DNA of 64,000 nt from Ptychomitrium polyphyllum (lineage: Eukaryota): assembly GCA_973851085.1 (NCBI GenBank), contig OZ316776.1, forward strand, positions 6,572,001 to 6,636,000. The letters run 5' to 3'. This document shows, piece by piece, positions 38,541 through 51,972 of this stretch; positions within the stretch are counted from its first letter, which is position 1, and each line of letters opens with the position of its first letter. The position numbers were made by a program, and so were the translations under genes. A model generated the notes under the pieces. The model ran no database searches, was not told where the DNA came from, and saw only the letters and a list, made by a program, of their open reading frames with translations.

Positions 38541-41500
38541 TACATCAAGCCGCCACGAGAACCGCACGCACGCCGTTCACGGAGCACCCTAACCTTCGCG
38601 TGACCAAAAGACGCCCCAGTGTTCTCCTTAAACGACTGAAGTGAATTCTAGCCGAGACTAGGACACTAAATCCATATGCCCATGTCTGGCACAATCCGGT
38701 GGAGACGAAGAAGGTGCTCTCTTCGGAACACAGAGATCGCACACCTGCTTGCTTCACCAGCAGAGTCGCCCACCGACAACACTAAAACCTGTGGAAAGAA
38801 ATCTACAGCCCTGCCGCATGGAAAGAAAGAGATCTAGGAGATCGGGCTAGCGCCGACCCACCTACCGAAATCATGCCTCAGAGAACACAGAGTGACAAAG
38901 GGTACAACCTGGCGCAAGAAACGGCCTCCGAGTTCCTCTTCCGTACACAAGAGAACCCTCAATAATATTACTCGTGCTAAGTGAATGGGCATCATGATAA
39001 TCCAAACCTAAACTTAACGGGTTATAAGAGATTTCTATTAAAAGAAGCCAAATTAAGGATTAATCCAAAAAATCAACTATAAATAGATGAGGTCTTCATC
39101 AAATACCATTCTATATTTTAGTATTTCCATCTATTTGTACATAAGATTCTTTCTCTTGTGAATATAAATTCCTTTAATAGATAAATATTCCTTTAAGAGG
39201 TACATACGCAATATTACATGATATCCACATGATCCATATGATATCCATGTAATATCCATTGTTGTTACCTTTAGAAGTTGTGTTGCCACATGCATTAAGC
39301 TTAGTAAACAATATCTATGTCTTTGTTATAAAAAAAAGAATTTAAATTATTATGTGCAAGTTTCATTGAACTCTAGACTTGACGCGGTAGTCTAAATTGG
39401 AAGCATTAAATGGTGAGAGACAAATGCTCCCATTGGTTTACAAGGCATAGAATGAATTGTTTACTTTGTGCACTCAAGGGTCTTTCTAAAAAGTACCATT
39501 TTTACTTAATCTTTTTGACTTGTCTAGCATTCCTTGGTGTCCAAAATTGTATGCATATAATTTAAGAGAGGTGAATGGAGCTTCATCAACATTGACTTAT
39601 CTCAATAATTTCACTTCTACAATAAATTGCAACTAGTGGCGAGCTTAAATTAGTTTGTTCTTTGTAGAATTTACTATACTTCAAAGTGCCCCATTTTTTG
39701 ACGTGGCATATAGGAGCAAATGAATAATAATTGACAAGTACAATTTTCCAACTAGAATGGTAATCCAATGGTGGCAATTGAATGTAGAAACTTAATATTC
39801 ATTTTATCTTTGATTATCTTGTTGTTTTAGATTCGACTTACTAAAAAATTGTTGGAATGATCCATCAATTAATATAAAGCATAAGTATGGCATTTATAAT
39901 CAAGACTTGGATTGTGAAGGCATATGTGCTAGCTTTGTCCACTTTGTAAATCTAACAACTGCTTGATAACGTCAGGTTTTGGAATAAATATTTAGTCCTT
40001 GTATGATTAAGCTTGTACAGTAGCTTATTGATATGAAAGACTTACACGGTATTACATAGATGCTGCTCATTAATAATAAATTTTGAGTGTTAATAGAATC
40101 ATTTTATTAATGTTATTCAAAATGGAAAAAGGGTATACTAAATACAAATGAACTAAATTTTAAACATTAGAATGTTCCAAGGAATAATAATTGGTTTTGA
40201 AAAATAAATAATGAAAAAACAAGATTATAATAATAAGTTTGAAATTATTCTAAAATGGAATCTAACATAGTTTCACAATTTTAATTAAAGGAAGTTGGCA
40301 ATTGGCTAGATAAGGTGATTGTGTTGCAATTTGCCCGAGTCACAACCCATAACAAAATTATGTTGATCTATAAAGCAGGTTTCACAACCACTTTCACAAC
40401 CACTTAGAAAAAACACGTTCATGCATTTGCCTTCAACCCCTTAGAGCCCAGCTGACCATAATATGGTCAGAGTGTGTAATTCGAAATATCTTCAAATGAG
40501 AGAGGAAATGGTTTTCCAACTCTGAGGTCTAGAGTTGTGCATGCGTCAAACACACATTCTGCAAAAAAAAAGGATCATGAATTAAATTGGTGAACTTTCA
40601 GCATACAATTGTATACACTTCCGTCTACAAATAATAGGTACGATACACGTGAGAAAGAGATGCTGGAGTGTAAAAGCAATCGCTGGAGTATAAAAGCGAT
40701 AGGAAGCAAGGCGATGAACTTAATGACGATGAGAATAGGTGCCCGTGGACACCAGTGGTTACTCCTCCACTTTCATTTCATTTGGATATCATAAACAGAC
40801 ATGTGCTCACAGTTGCGAATGCTGAATGAGATTTTGAAAGACGGGATATGGGTGGAGGACAGAGGAGGAAAGAGTAGAGGGAAAGGTACGATGGAAGTGC
40901 CGTATGAAACTGTAGCTTTTTCGTATACAACTAGGTGATCAACACACTTCCATTAGCTTCTGTGAGGAAACTTATCACTGGACTCCTAAACTGCAACCTC
41001 CTTTAACTCTTTCGCGTGTGCTGATCTACATCTTTGCATGCAATGAATGATTTCGGAGCTATATATGTATGGACTAAACCGATACAGATAACTAAGTAGG
41101 GGGTCTTAAGTGCCTATATAATCTCTACAGTTCTTTTCAACAAGTGACATATGTTATTGGAAAACCGTGGTTGTAAGGAATTCCTGAACCGCTTACCTGT
41201 GACCTTTGCAAATTTGTGAAAGATTATGTGGATTCCCGAAGTACTGCAACCTGCAAAATTAGGAATCTTGTCTTGCCCACGTACGTTGTTTTCATTCATT
41301 ATAATCTACTATGTCAACCGTCCGATGTTAACTGTAATTTACCCCAAGTTCAAAACACGGGCTAACTCCAAAATCGTACTGACTAATCCCAAAAATAGGT
41401 GATATAATTCAGGCCGGGGTAGTTTGCAATAAAAGTTCACAAGAGTTCCTCACAATCCGGCTACAATACCCTGTGATCAATTGCAACCCACTTTTCCGTG

Positions 41501-41948
41501 ATGATAGAATGAACACTCGGATTCTTTCAAGGTTGTAGTGCACCAAGCGTGCAAGATGCAAAAAACATTGTATTAGACCAATGGGGTTCCGTAGCCAAAT
41601 ATGCGGGAAATATATTTATCTGAGTACATGTATCAGAAGAATTAAATTCCAAATCTCTGCTTGTATGACTTGCCAGTGTCATGATCTCACTGAGAAAATT
41701 TGCCAAACTTTTCTTTTACATGCTGCTTAGTGCTTACAGGGAAAACTACTTGTTTTATCATATAACTTTCCTGTGAGCAGGACTTGGATTATTTTTAATG
41801 CAACTTACAATGCCATACATGAAATTGTGCACGAAGCAGCTACAATTCAGCTGCGAACATTGTGACTTGTTTCCTGGCAACTAGAGCTGCACTTTCCGCT
41901 CGTCCAGTGATCACAATTGCACTAGAATTGACCTCTTCTCCTGCAGCA

Positions 41949-42173
41949 ATGGCTAGTAGCACCAGTATCACCAGGTGGCTGTGGCTTCTCTTCATTGCAT
42001 TTTTTGCAACAGCCTTCTTCAGAATTGCTGTCCATGTCGCCGGCCCGATCCTTTGGAAGACTTCTGCCTTGCAGATCTGTCACCCAATGCGCCCCGTGTG
42101 AATGGGTTTCCATGCATATCCCGTGACAGCATCACTGCCGAAAACTTCGTGTTCAAGGGCTTTCGAGAATTTG
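41949..42173 (+). pseudogene. Germin-like protein (cupin), first exon only, frameshifted
   Basis: Signal-peptide-like MASSTSITRWLWLLFIAFFATAFFRIAVHVA, then a 1-nt shift near 42045 into PDPLEDFCLADLSPNAPRVNGFPC..ITAENFVFKG (germin box A). Donor G|GTAGG at 42173/42174. No exon with the HxHP germin box is visible downstream. Confidence 0.85.
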
Positions 42174-42409
42174 GTAGGCAATCGTCCCTCTTAAACCATT
42201 TAACATCACGGAGTGTAATTCTACTAATTAATTACCGACTAAATTCAATATTGAAATCTGACGCGTTTTACAACCAAGAAATATACTTTTCGGTATCTTG
42301 CCAATTGATAAAATTTGTTTCAGTTAGACAGAGAGTTCAGTTAGAATGAAGATCATACTTACTTGTCACTCAGTAGGAATGCCAACACTTGACTAAAAAG
42401 CTAGACTTT

Positions 42410-43163
42410 TATTATGGCAGTATTCTATGCCACTCAAAGCTACAAAATCATAACCATCAAGTCCTTTTACAGACCCCATGAGCCCTATGCTAGAGAGTAA
42501 TTCTATTTGTATGATTCCACAACCAAGCATTTGGGGATGCTTTGTGAAGTACCTGGAGATAAGTACATAACCTTCTCCAGCATCTTCCTGAAAGGCATTC
42601 TTTGCGCCTTTTCTGTGGACACTGCCCACGTACCTTGGTGTCTTAAATTATATTCGTGTGATTTAGAGAAAGGTGCCTGGAGCTATATCAATGTTGCCTT
42701 ACCTCAACCTTTTCTCTTCCACAAGATAAATCAATGTTCGTGTTGAGCTTTGGGTGGATTGTTTGTGGTCGAATACACCGGATTTACCGGGATCAACTCG
42801 GACTGCATGGAAGTTACTTATCATCGAGAAAGGAGTCACGAGAAACCATCTAAGGTGAGGGTATCGGAGATTCTCCTTGCTCAGAAGGAGGTGGTGAAGA
42901 TTGCAAAAATGAGGAATTACTTGAAATATCCAAGTGACTACCCCGAAGATGTGTTGAGCAATCCAGTGGAGGCAATCAGATGTGAGGAGTTGATAGTCAT
43001 TTCGTCTTCGCTTGGCCTTTGTGTGAGATTTGGTTTGATCAAAAACTGTTGGCATGAGCTGCCCACAAATACATAGTATATTCATGGCGCCAAAGATACT
43101 CCTCGTGGTGACTGTTATTGTCAAGGCAGGTATGCTGGCCTTGTCCATCTTGACTTGAGGAAG
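42410..43163 (+). pseudogene. 5'-truncated F-box gene fragment (C-terminal associated domain only), paralog of 61790-63075
   Basis: IFLKGILCAFSVDTAHVPWCLKLYSCDLEKGAWSYINVAL aligns with LFLKGVFYILFKDIDVVPWCLQLDSCDLETSALSCINVDL. KVRVSEILLAQKEVVKIA...CWHELPTN aligns with KVSIRETLLAENVAVKVA...CWYELPAN. Several stops; no F-box motif. Confidence 0.8.
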
Positions 43164-43459
43164 GTGAGTTCCTGTCAGGAACTTCTTGAAGAGTTGACAG
43201 CAATTCAATATCAACATCATGGTCACTTGCCGGAACTAGGACTAGATGCCTATAGTCCCAAGATAACAAAAGCTTCTGCTGTTGCTGTCGGTCTAAAGGA
43301 CCTACGCAGCACCACATCTGTCAGAAATCTTTAGAATTGGGGAAAATGTATTTGGAATGCAAAAGAATTGGCTTGATGTTTTTTTGTTAATGTTGAAGTA
43401 CTCACAGTGCGTGCTACTCTATGTCTTTCTTCTCTTGTTGGGTCATGTGTGTTTCTGGA

Positions 43460-43780
43460 ATGAGTTCGGTGAGCACAATGCTGTGGTTGCGCTAAGTGTC
43501 TTGTGGTTGAAGGGGATGAAGAAGCAGTCAAAGATGAGGGCACTGGACGGAGAGGAGCAATACTGATTCTGCTGCTGCAAGAGTAAGAAACTTGGACAAG
43601 TCTGAAGGGTCCATAGAGATGATGAAGGTCGTCGAGGCATCAACTGCGCTGTTGTAGAAGACAGTCGTATATACTTTAACATCCAACTCTTACACAATTC
43701 CTGCGCCTACCGAAACCCAAAACCTAGACTGCTAAAATTCTTTCAGTCGGTATTCAAAATGGACACTAATGATGGCTCGC
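43460..43780 (+). pseudogene. Copy 1 of an unidentified decayed coding module (module X)
   Basis: Nucleotide and peptide similarity to the minus strand of about 63630-64000: CLVVEGDE / LDGEEQY*FC / VHRDDEGRRGINCA. Confidence 0.65.
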
Positions 43781-44551
43781 GATGCAACATGGCAACATAT
43801 ATGGCACTAAAAATTCATACACTCAGAAACTCGTACTCCTAACAAAAGCACCCCAGACCATTATCAATGTCAGCTCTCCTGGGTATGAATCATTCCAATC
43901 CATCACTTCTACGACGCACAGCATAAACCACTCCTTATAACATTCACAAAAAGTAACACATGTGCTAAAGCAAACGCTTTATTATCTGATAAATATGACC
44001 AAGGCACATCACTTCTATGATAGTGTACTAGTACTCATAATCCTAACCTCGCTGAAAGCTTCAGATTGTCATGACTGTTAACAGATAGGTCAACAAAACA
44101 CTAAATACTCATTCAGAGGGGTTTGCAGTGGACTAAAACACAAGAAACGACCCGAGAAACTCAATGCGTTTCTCAGAGTCAAGAGGGAATAGAAAACACT
44201 CTCCCTGCGTGCAATCCAGCAACCCCTAAAATCATAACTGAAGCCCAACTCCTCAAAGCTCCAACTCTGAGCTCCACTATCTCCGATTCTCTCCCGCTCA
44301 AATTGCTTAACCCATTGGATACCACCAAATCCTAATCTCAGAAAATAGTAGCAAACTGAATCCTCATACAACCACTCGATATCTAACTCTACCAACAGAA
44401 AAAAATCCTCTCACAAGCGACTACATATTGAACACTGAATGACTCACATTATTCTCCTAATGCTAACACCTAATTTCTTGATGGTGATACAACTACACCA
44501 CCAACACCAACGTTATTAGAAAATTCTCCACCTCTATTGTAAGCTACTCAC

Positions 44552-44944
44552 CATGAAGAAGCTGGCATTGGGCACTTGAATATTCATTGTAGCACCTCCC
44601 AAGCCACCAACTTTGGCAGCCCATAACTTAGCAAGCCGCCCGTGTTGACCTTGCGCAAGGCTCTGTCTTTGATATTCTTTGCAACGACCCAGTTGACATA
44701 TGACTCGTGAGAGATCTTATGGACAACCCCTGCGTCATCGTCCACTCACTGGCTCGGTTTTCTGCCGATGCTGATTGACGGGTCTCCGCAGACAGCTGAG
44801 CAAAAGCTGCCACGAGTTGAGTCGTTTGTATAGTGTACATTGTCCCATATCTCAGCGAAAGACCAAGAGTCAAACTTGATACTAGAATTTGTTGATGAAG
44901 CTTGGCTGTCATGGTGTAAACATTCCACTGTGCAGACGGAGAGA
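44552..44944 (-). pseudogene. Orphan pseudo-exon, possibly part of a decayed multi-exon gene spanning about 44090-46700
   Basis: Bounded by caacag| and |gtgagt. About 130 codons in one frame (...FDSWSFAEIWDNVHY...*VDDDAGVVHKISHESYVNWVVAKNIKDRALRKVNTGGLLSYGLPKLVAWEVLQ*IFKCP) with two TGA stops (44748-44746, 44586-44584). Confidence 0.35.
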
Positions 44945-47900
44945 CTGTTGGTTGACAAAAGGGCTTAGAAAGTGATGTACCAGTAACTTACTGTTAGTTG
45001 TTCACCTTTTTATGTATCTTTATGTTATTTTAGTTCGTTGCACTTTGCAGTTGCTTTTAGGGGAATACTGAAGACCAATCATAGAGTTGGTGACATGGTA
45101 CCTCAAGGGACATGCTTTTGTTTCATGTAACACAGAGGCGGTTCCCGCTAAACAAGTTCACTATTGGAATCAGAAAAGCGAGGAGGATATTGAATGATGT
45201 AAAGAGGGTGTAAGCACTGCTCAAGCCTCGCAATTGCATTTCTGATTATTAGTCATGTACTTCGTGTAATCTAGAGAACATGTAAGATAATATTACTTGT
45301 ATAGTCCTAATTTATATTGTCAGTGGAGAAAGACAAAGATTATAGTATCTGGACTTGAATCTATGGTATATTGCAGTTGACTGTAGTAAAGAATGTTGAG
45401 GGCAGCTTCTAAGAAATTTACTTAGGGTTTGTAGAAGGCTCCATTCATCGGAATATTATTTGGTCAAGAAGGTTGGAGCCCTTCAAGATGATCATAAGTT
45501 CTAGTGTGAATCCTCTCCCCATTTTTAGAAGTATAGTACTCACTCCCATACTACAGCCTCTGTGTCAAGCTGCTACAATGTGGTTGCTAGAACATTAGCA
45601 TCACTGCAATGCAGACCCAGAGTGTGTGCAGTCTGCATGCACACAAGGCTCTACTTAGTGACGTAACTGGTTATAAACCATGCCCAGATGAACATTTGGC
45701 ACAAGTGATGAAGGACAACATCTAAGCAGTATGCTATAGTTCCACATCTTTCACAACTTCAAATGTAACTGATTTCCCTAGACTCTAGCAACAACTTACT
45801 AGTGTGAAAGGAGTGACTATATAAATGCCGACCTTTGATTCAGTGTAACCTACAATTTCATTTCCACTATAACATGTGTAGCAAAACAATTTTCAGCAAC
45901 TCTTCAAAGGAATCATTCCATCATTCAAATTATCATTCCATTATTAAAACCTTACTCCACTTAAGATTAAAGGGCTTTATACACCAAGTCATAAAACTAA
46001 ATTCATGTTTTCATTTCTTCAATGTCACATGCTCTCAGTATCATTTATTGTTAATTTTTCACTTTCTAAGGTAAGAGTTAGTTGCTTGAATTGGTGAAGA
46101 ATTTTATGAGAATTGCACTATTTAAGTGAGAATTGCAAAATCTGTTACTGTTGTGCTCAGTGATAGAATCCAATGTATGGATGCAGCAGAGTCACCCCAG
46201 AATTGGTTTGTAAATATGGTAAACTCTATTCCATCCCATTTCTCCTTCGTTCCTTTTCATATTTTCAAATATTTCAGTAAATCATACTGTGGTTTCAAAA
46301 ATCAAACAAAATATCAGGACATGTAAACACATGAGCATTACAACACAGACCTTATGGGAAGGAACTAATGGGGAGGTTTGAAGCGGTGGTAAATGACTAG
46401 TTTACGTGCTGTTGATGAAGCCCTTTAGAAGATCCTGAAGCTTATCCAAAAAATGAGGGAGCAACACTCCGGAGCCCAGAGTCCTGGCTGGCCTTGTTCC
46501 GTCTGTGTCGCAAGATTCACGTCTGCCACTTAGCTCGGTCTGCCAAGGATAACTTCTTCGGTAAAACCCCAAGCACACTCAACCTCCGACATTTTTACTC
46601 CAGCCCTGCCAGAAGTTTACCCCAGAAACTGTAATATCTGAGCTTGACTCATACTTCACCAACAGTCACACAATACTGCGTCACAAACACCTGTCTTTGA
46701 TCTAGCGATAGACCCAAGCAATATCTTAGCAGATCATTACTCACAGATAAGCATTGCACTGCCGAGTCTGCCCACCATTCCTGTCACTCTCGCCCCTAAC
46801 CTAATTACTTACACAGACAATGACTTCCATGTGACTATCCACAATTACCTTACACCCCGTAACAAAGTGCTCTCAGAATCTTGTTCCCTGCTCTACAGGT
46901 CCCCTACAGCACTGGCTCTAGAAGAAGTCGAAATTCCATCGAGTTGTAGGGGATAAATTAGGAAGGGAAATTTAATAACCACGACAAACCCCCACCGATA
47001 TTCATGTGGAAGATAACTCACATTCAAAGTGCAAACTCATTACCATGGTAACTTACCCAAACTACTCCCCCCCCAACTTGGACTAGGAAAGAAGCTGGTT
47101 TGCTTTTGAGCTCATGCCCAGATTATGAAAGAATGAAGAGGATGGTGGCCACGAATGCAGGAGCCTGTCTTGTCCGAATGCAAAGAAAATATTGATCGTC
47201 CCCTAGGAGAGCACCAAGGGGGGTTAATACCTGGCGGTAGCAGTCCCTGTGAAAGGGAGGCTTTGTGGTGCGATGCAGTTTGCTTCCTCCCGGGCCTGCC
47301 ACCGAAGCGCAGAGGGCCGTGAGATGGGGGCTATCGACGCTGCATATCGTCCGCTGACATCCCAAAGGCCCACACCGGTGGCGTACACTAGGCCGAAAGT
47401 AAAAGCCACAGGGCGAATTCGTGTCATGTGACTGGGATTCCAACTAAATGCGTGAAATGCACCGCACCTTGGGCCCATATTACCCGCAGTTTTGCATCTT
47501 TCATTGCCAGCCTACCATTGCGCAGGCTCCTCATCGCTCGAGCCTTCTGCGCTCATCCGATCCCGGCCCCACTCGATCCCGACCTGGTGGGCCATGTCGT
47601 CGCGCTGAATTGCGCAGGGCGTGGTGAACCCAGCCCCGCTATCTCAGCTTCTGGGCCCAAACTTGCAGGAAAATCTAGATGGCTACTGTGGGGCCTACCG
47701 AGCTCCTTGTGGGGCGAGGCCGGCAGGGAGCCAGAAAAACAGATCTGTATTACATGTGTGTGCGCCGAACCAAGTCTCACCCGAGTTGCCGGAGTTACCA
47801 CAGTAGTTTTAGTCCTCGGACTGGCATCGAAAACGACGAGGGACCTAAAACCACCACTGTGGATATTTTCGTTTTTTCGATTGATCTCGATGGGTGCCTT

Positions 47901-49601
47901 CAATTGGGTCCACTGGTGAATGTAGTACAATCAGTGGAATTCAAGCCTTCCTCCCAAAGCCTGGGCACTAGTGACGGAAGTGTGGTTTTTCTGAATGAAT
48001 AGCAGTAGAATCTACGACAAAAGTGTGGAAGCGTTGAAGGTTTCTATGGTGGGCCCTACCAAATGCAAGGGTGAATGCTTTAAGTTTTCTGGGCAAGAAG
48101 TGGAAATTAGAATGGCTCTCACACTGTGTGGAATCTGGGTGCCTCCATGCTATGTTGCTCTTACATTAGCTGGTATTGTTCTCAATTCTAATTCCTACTG
48201 TCGCCATTTGGATCTAGGTCACAACGTTACTGGCACTGGGCGGATGTGTAAGGATCTTTAGAATTGTAAATTGAATTGAAATTTAAAACCACCTTTTGCT
48301 AACTAGGGCATGAGGTTGTCGCAACTGGTTTTGACTAGATCCATCCATTGAGTCTATTATCTAGAGCATATGTAGACCAGAAGACAATTTAGTACATGAG
48401 ATCCTATTTTGACATTTATATGTAAGATTAGCTCATATACTTACTTGATAGTTGGTGATACTTTGATGACACATTGTAGTAACATGTTTATTACACATTC
48501 ACGTTAATGTGATACAATATTTGGATGGTGGTAGAAACAATTTTGTTTGTATGGTATAATGGTTACAAATGCTATGGTGAAGAGTCTTATGTAATCTTGC
48601 TATCTCTACTAAAAACTCAAATCTTGTTTTTGTTTTTGTTTTTGTTTGTTTTTTTGTATTTTTATTTCTTTGTATTTTTATTTTATTTTTTGAAAAAGAA
48701 GAAAAAGAATTTTAATTCTTGTACAAATTAACATGAATAAAAAATACATTCATATTAGGCCCCATAATAAGTTCCACTAGATTTAGATAGCATAATGTTC
48801 AAGCTATATCATGGTGTTTCCTAAGATCAAAATTTAGAATCACTTAAAATAATGTATAAATGGCTATTTTTCAAGCATGTCTTGAATGGGGTGGTTTTAC
48901 ATATGCTATGCAAATTATACCATTTATTGTTTAATACATACTATTAAAATTTTTAAAAAAAATTAATTAATATGTTTGTTTGTTTTAATGAAGCAAACTA
49001 AAAATACAACCTAAAATTTTAAGAATAAAAACTAACATTATATTGGTTTTTAAATTTATTAAAATTAATTAGATAAGAATAGGCTAATACAATTATAAAC
49101 TTCATGCATTAAATGAATATTTTAAAGCATCACAATATCTTTTACTAAAAATATCATTTGTAATAAAAAGTTAGTATTTAAGAAAATATGAAATAATATA
49201 AATATTATATTGTTATAAAATTTCTTGATATTTTTTTAGACTATTTTGAAAATTTTAATTAAACCACCATATATTTCATATAGGCAAGTTTTTGTTAATG
49301 TAATAAAATTCTATTACATCTATAAAAATGATTTTTACTTTAGATGAGTATAATGCATTATGTATTTGAATTACCATGGTTTTTTATTTTTTATCTACAA
49401 CTAACGTGCTAAATATTTATATCAAAACATTGTATTGCCATTGTTTAATTTCCAAAAGGAAATAAGTGCTTTTACACTTTTTACTTGGATCTCATAAATA
49501 TGGTATAAAGGTATAATACACAAAAATACCTTTATGATGTTAAATTTTCATAAAGCTTGTAATTTTACATTGATTTTTATTGCCATCAATATTATTCATT
49601 G

Positions 49602-49655
49602 CCAACAAAGTCTTTGAATGTTACCAACAAAGTCTTTGAATGTTACCACCAAAGT
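49602..49655. repeat. 22-bp tandem duplication (CCAACAAAGTCTTTGAATGTTA x2.4)
   Basis: Read directly. Confidence 0.85.
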
Positions 49656-51712
49656 TTACATATTGCAATACTAATTTGAAGTCATTTCCAATATTATAAT
49701 GAAATAAGAATTCTATTAAAGTACATTATTAAAATTTAAATGTGAATACAATATTAAAATTGATATGAAACATTTGGAGTTTTTTTAATATATAAAATTT
49801 TATTAGATTTATATACCATTTTATATGAAAAAATATTGATATTCATTATATGGAGACAAATCACACATTTTGAGACTTCCATCTTTAGTCTTTGGAGATC
49901 CAAAATGTCATAAATTAAGAATTTATCATATTTCAATTTAATGAATATGGTATTAAAAGCTATAATATAAAATTAAATAATATGTAATTGCCATTGAATG
50001 TTGAAAGTGGAAGAAAAAATACAAAAAAGATTTGAAAAATTTACAAATTTTTAAATCCATGTACTCTTGCTTTAATGTCTTTATTCAAACTTTATAAATT
50101 TATATTCGTAAATATATATATTTTAATGAAAGAAAAAACTCCCGTGAAACATAAATAATTTTGTATTTTCAAAATCATTGTAATATATTATTTAATATGA
50201 AAATGATGTATATATTAAAACAAATACATTTATTAATTACATTCATTTATAAATTAGCGGTGCATTGTAGGTCATTGTATATTTTGAATCTTAAATTGGT
50301 TAATATATATTGTAAATAAAAATAGATGTATACATTTTTCAATTCTCACTTTTACATTCATATACAAATGTATAAACAACGTAGACCATAATACATCTAT
50401 TGTTCAATTTGAAGTATAAGGTTCTAATGAAAATTTAAATTCTTATTAAATTTATAAATTCTAATAAAATTTTGATAATTGTATTGGCTTGCAACAATAT
50501 TAATTTTGTTTGATATACAATATGTCAATTTCTTGGAATTAAAGACAATTTTGAGAATTCAAAATTATATATAATGTTCAATATAAGTATTTTTTTTCTT
50601 AATGATTAAATTTTCTATGAACTCATTGAAACATTCACCATTTTTTAAGAAAGCTATGCATAAAAATGCAGGTATAAACAATTTAGACCTAATAGATTGA
50701 ATATTTTGGAAATATTGCATAGAACAATATTATCTTTTTTACTTTTTCCAAAACATTTGGTTATACTTTTTCAGAATTTTAATGAATCTGAAGTGCAATC
50801 TTTTCTTGAATGCATACAATTTACATAAATAAATATATAAAAAAACAAAATTTCAAACATAATATCATTGTTTTACATTTCTTGTTATATGTGCTAATTC
50901 TAGAATTCTTCTCCTATTCAAATTGATTTTTTTTTTTAGTATTGAATTTTATGGCTTTTATAGCCCTTATGTTTATTGAAATCTTTTGACAACCTTTTGA
51001 CTCACCTGAAAACCAACATAATTTTTTTTTTAATTTTATGCCATGGTGGATGATTATTCATACAATATATTTAGATGCAGAGAACAAATGAATTTGAAAG
51101 AATGCATAGTTGTTATTACAAAATTTATTTAAGAATTACAATTTGGAATTTAATTATTATTAAATATTAGCAGTTATGAACTTTGTCCTTCAAAATTGTT
51201 ATTTGAATATGAAATGGTAATGTCAACCACTATCATAAAAAGTTTCATTACACAATTTATTAGTCAATATTGTTCATTTGAAAAATTAAGTATAAAATAC
51301 TTATTTTAAAATGAGATTTAGAGTTGGTCTATAATAATGTTATTTAGACAATAGGAAAATATCATTTTTATTAATTTGTCTTCCATTTGTGTCTTTATTT
51401 TAGTAATGCCTCTTTTAAGGATTTTGAATGGCATGCAAAAATGGTGAGAATTGTAATTTTTGTAAAAATGGTTTGTACTTGAAGATAATCAATTAATAGT
51501 ATTTTAGAAACAATTCAAAAACAATTATAAGTATGTATGGAGAGTATTATGTACTTTTTTAAATTAAAAAATTTCCTTTTATTCATAAAGTACTATGTTA
51601 TTAAATTCACATATAATAACTCCATCATAATATTTCTTTGCAAATTATTGCCAAAACAAGTATTTACAATGTGCATAACATTACCATATTAGGTGTTACA
51701 CAAACCGAGTCC

Positions 51713-51972
51713 CTAATGATTGCATTGAGTAAGGACGTTTTCCTCATCAAAAGTGGGATCACAATGAATGACATTCTTTGGTAAGGAGAAATCATCCTAC
51801 TTTTGCCACATTGTCATGCATTCCACCACTTCATGGAATGTGGTCCCACGGTAATTCCACTTTGGATGGAGTAAACATGGACTTAAAGGAATGCGATCTT
51901 CAGGAACTTGACAATAATGACAGGATGCTTGAACATGTGGAAGAGACTTTTCCAGCATGCTGTAATTGTGTA
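51713..51972 (-). pseudogene. Possible decayed terminal exon of an unidentified gene
   Basis: After ttttcag|, about 85 codons HNYSMLEKSLPHVQASCHYCQVPEDRIPLSPCLLHPKWNYRGTTFHEVVECMTMWQK*DDFSLPKNVIHCDPTFDEENVLTQCNH* with one internal TAG. Confidence 0.25.

Noticed and set aside
43564..43566. Selenocysteine reading of the shared TGA in module X
   Set aside because: Land plants lack the Sec machinery, and both copies carry other stops and frameshifts.
47123..48002. Overlapping 100-163 aa ORFs in a GC-rich island
   Set aside because: Mostly non-ATG starts, present on both strands, no motifs; explained by GC content.
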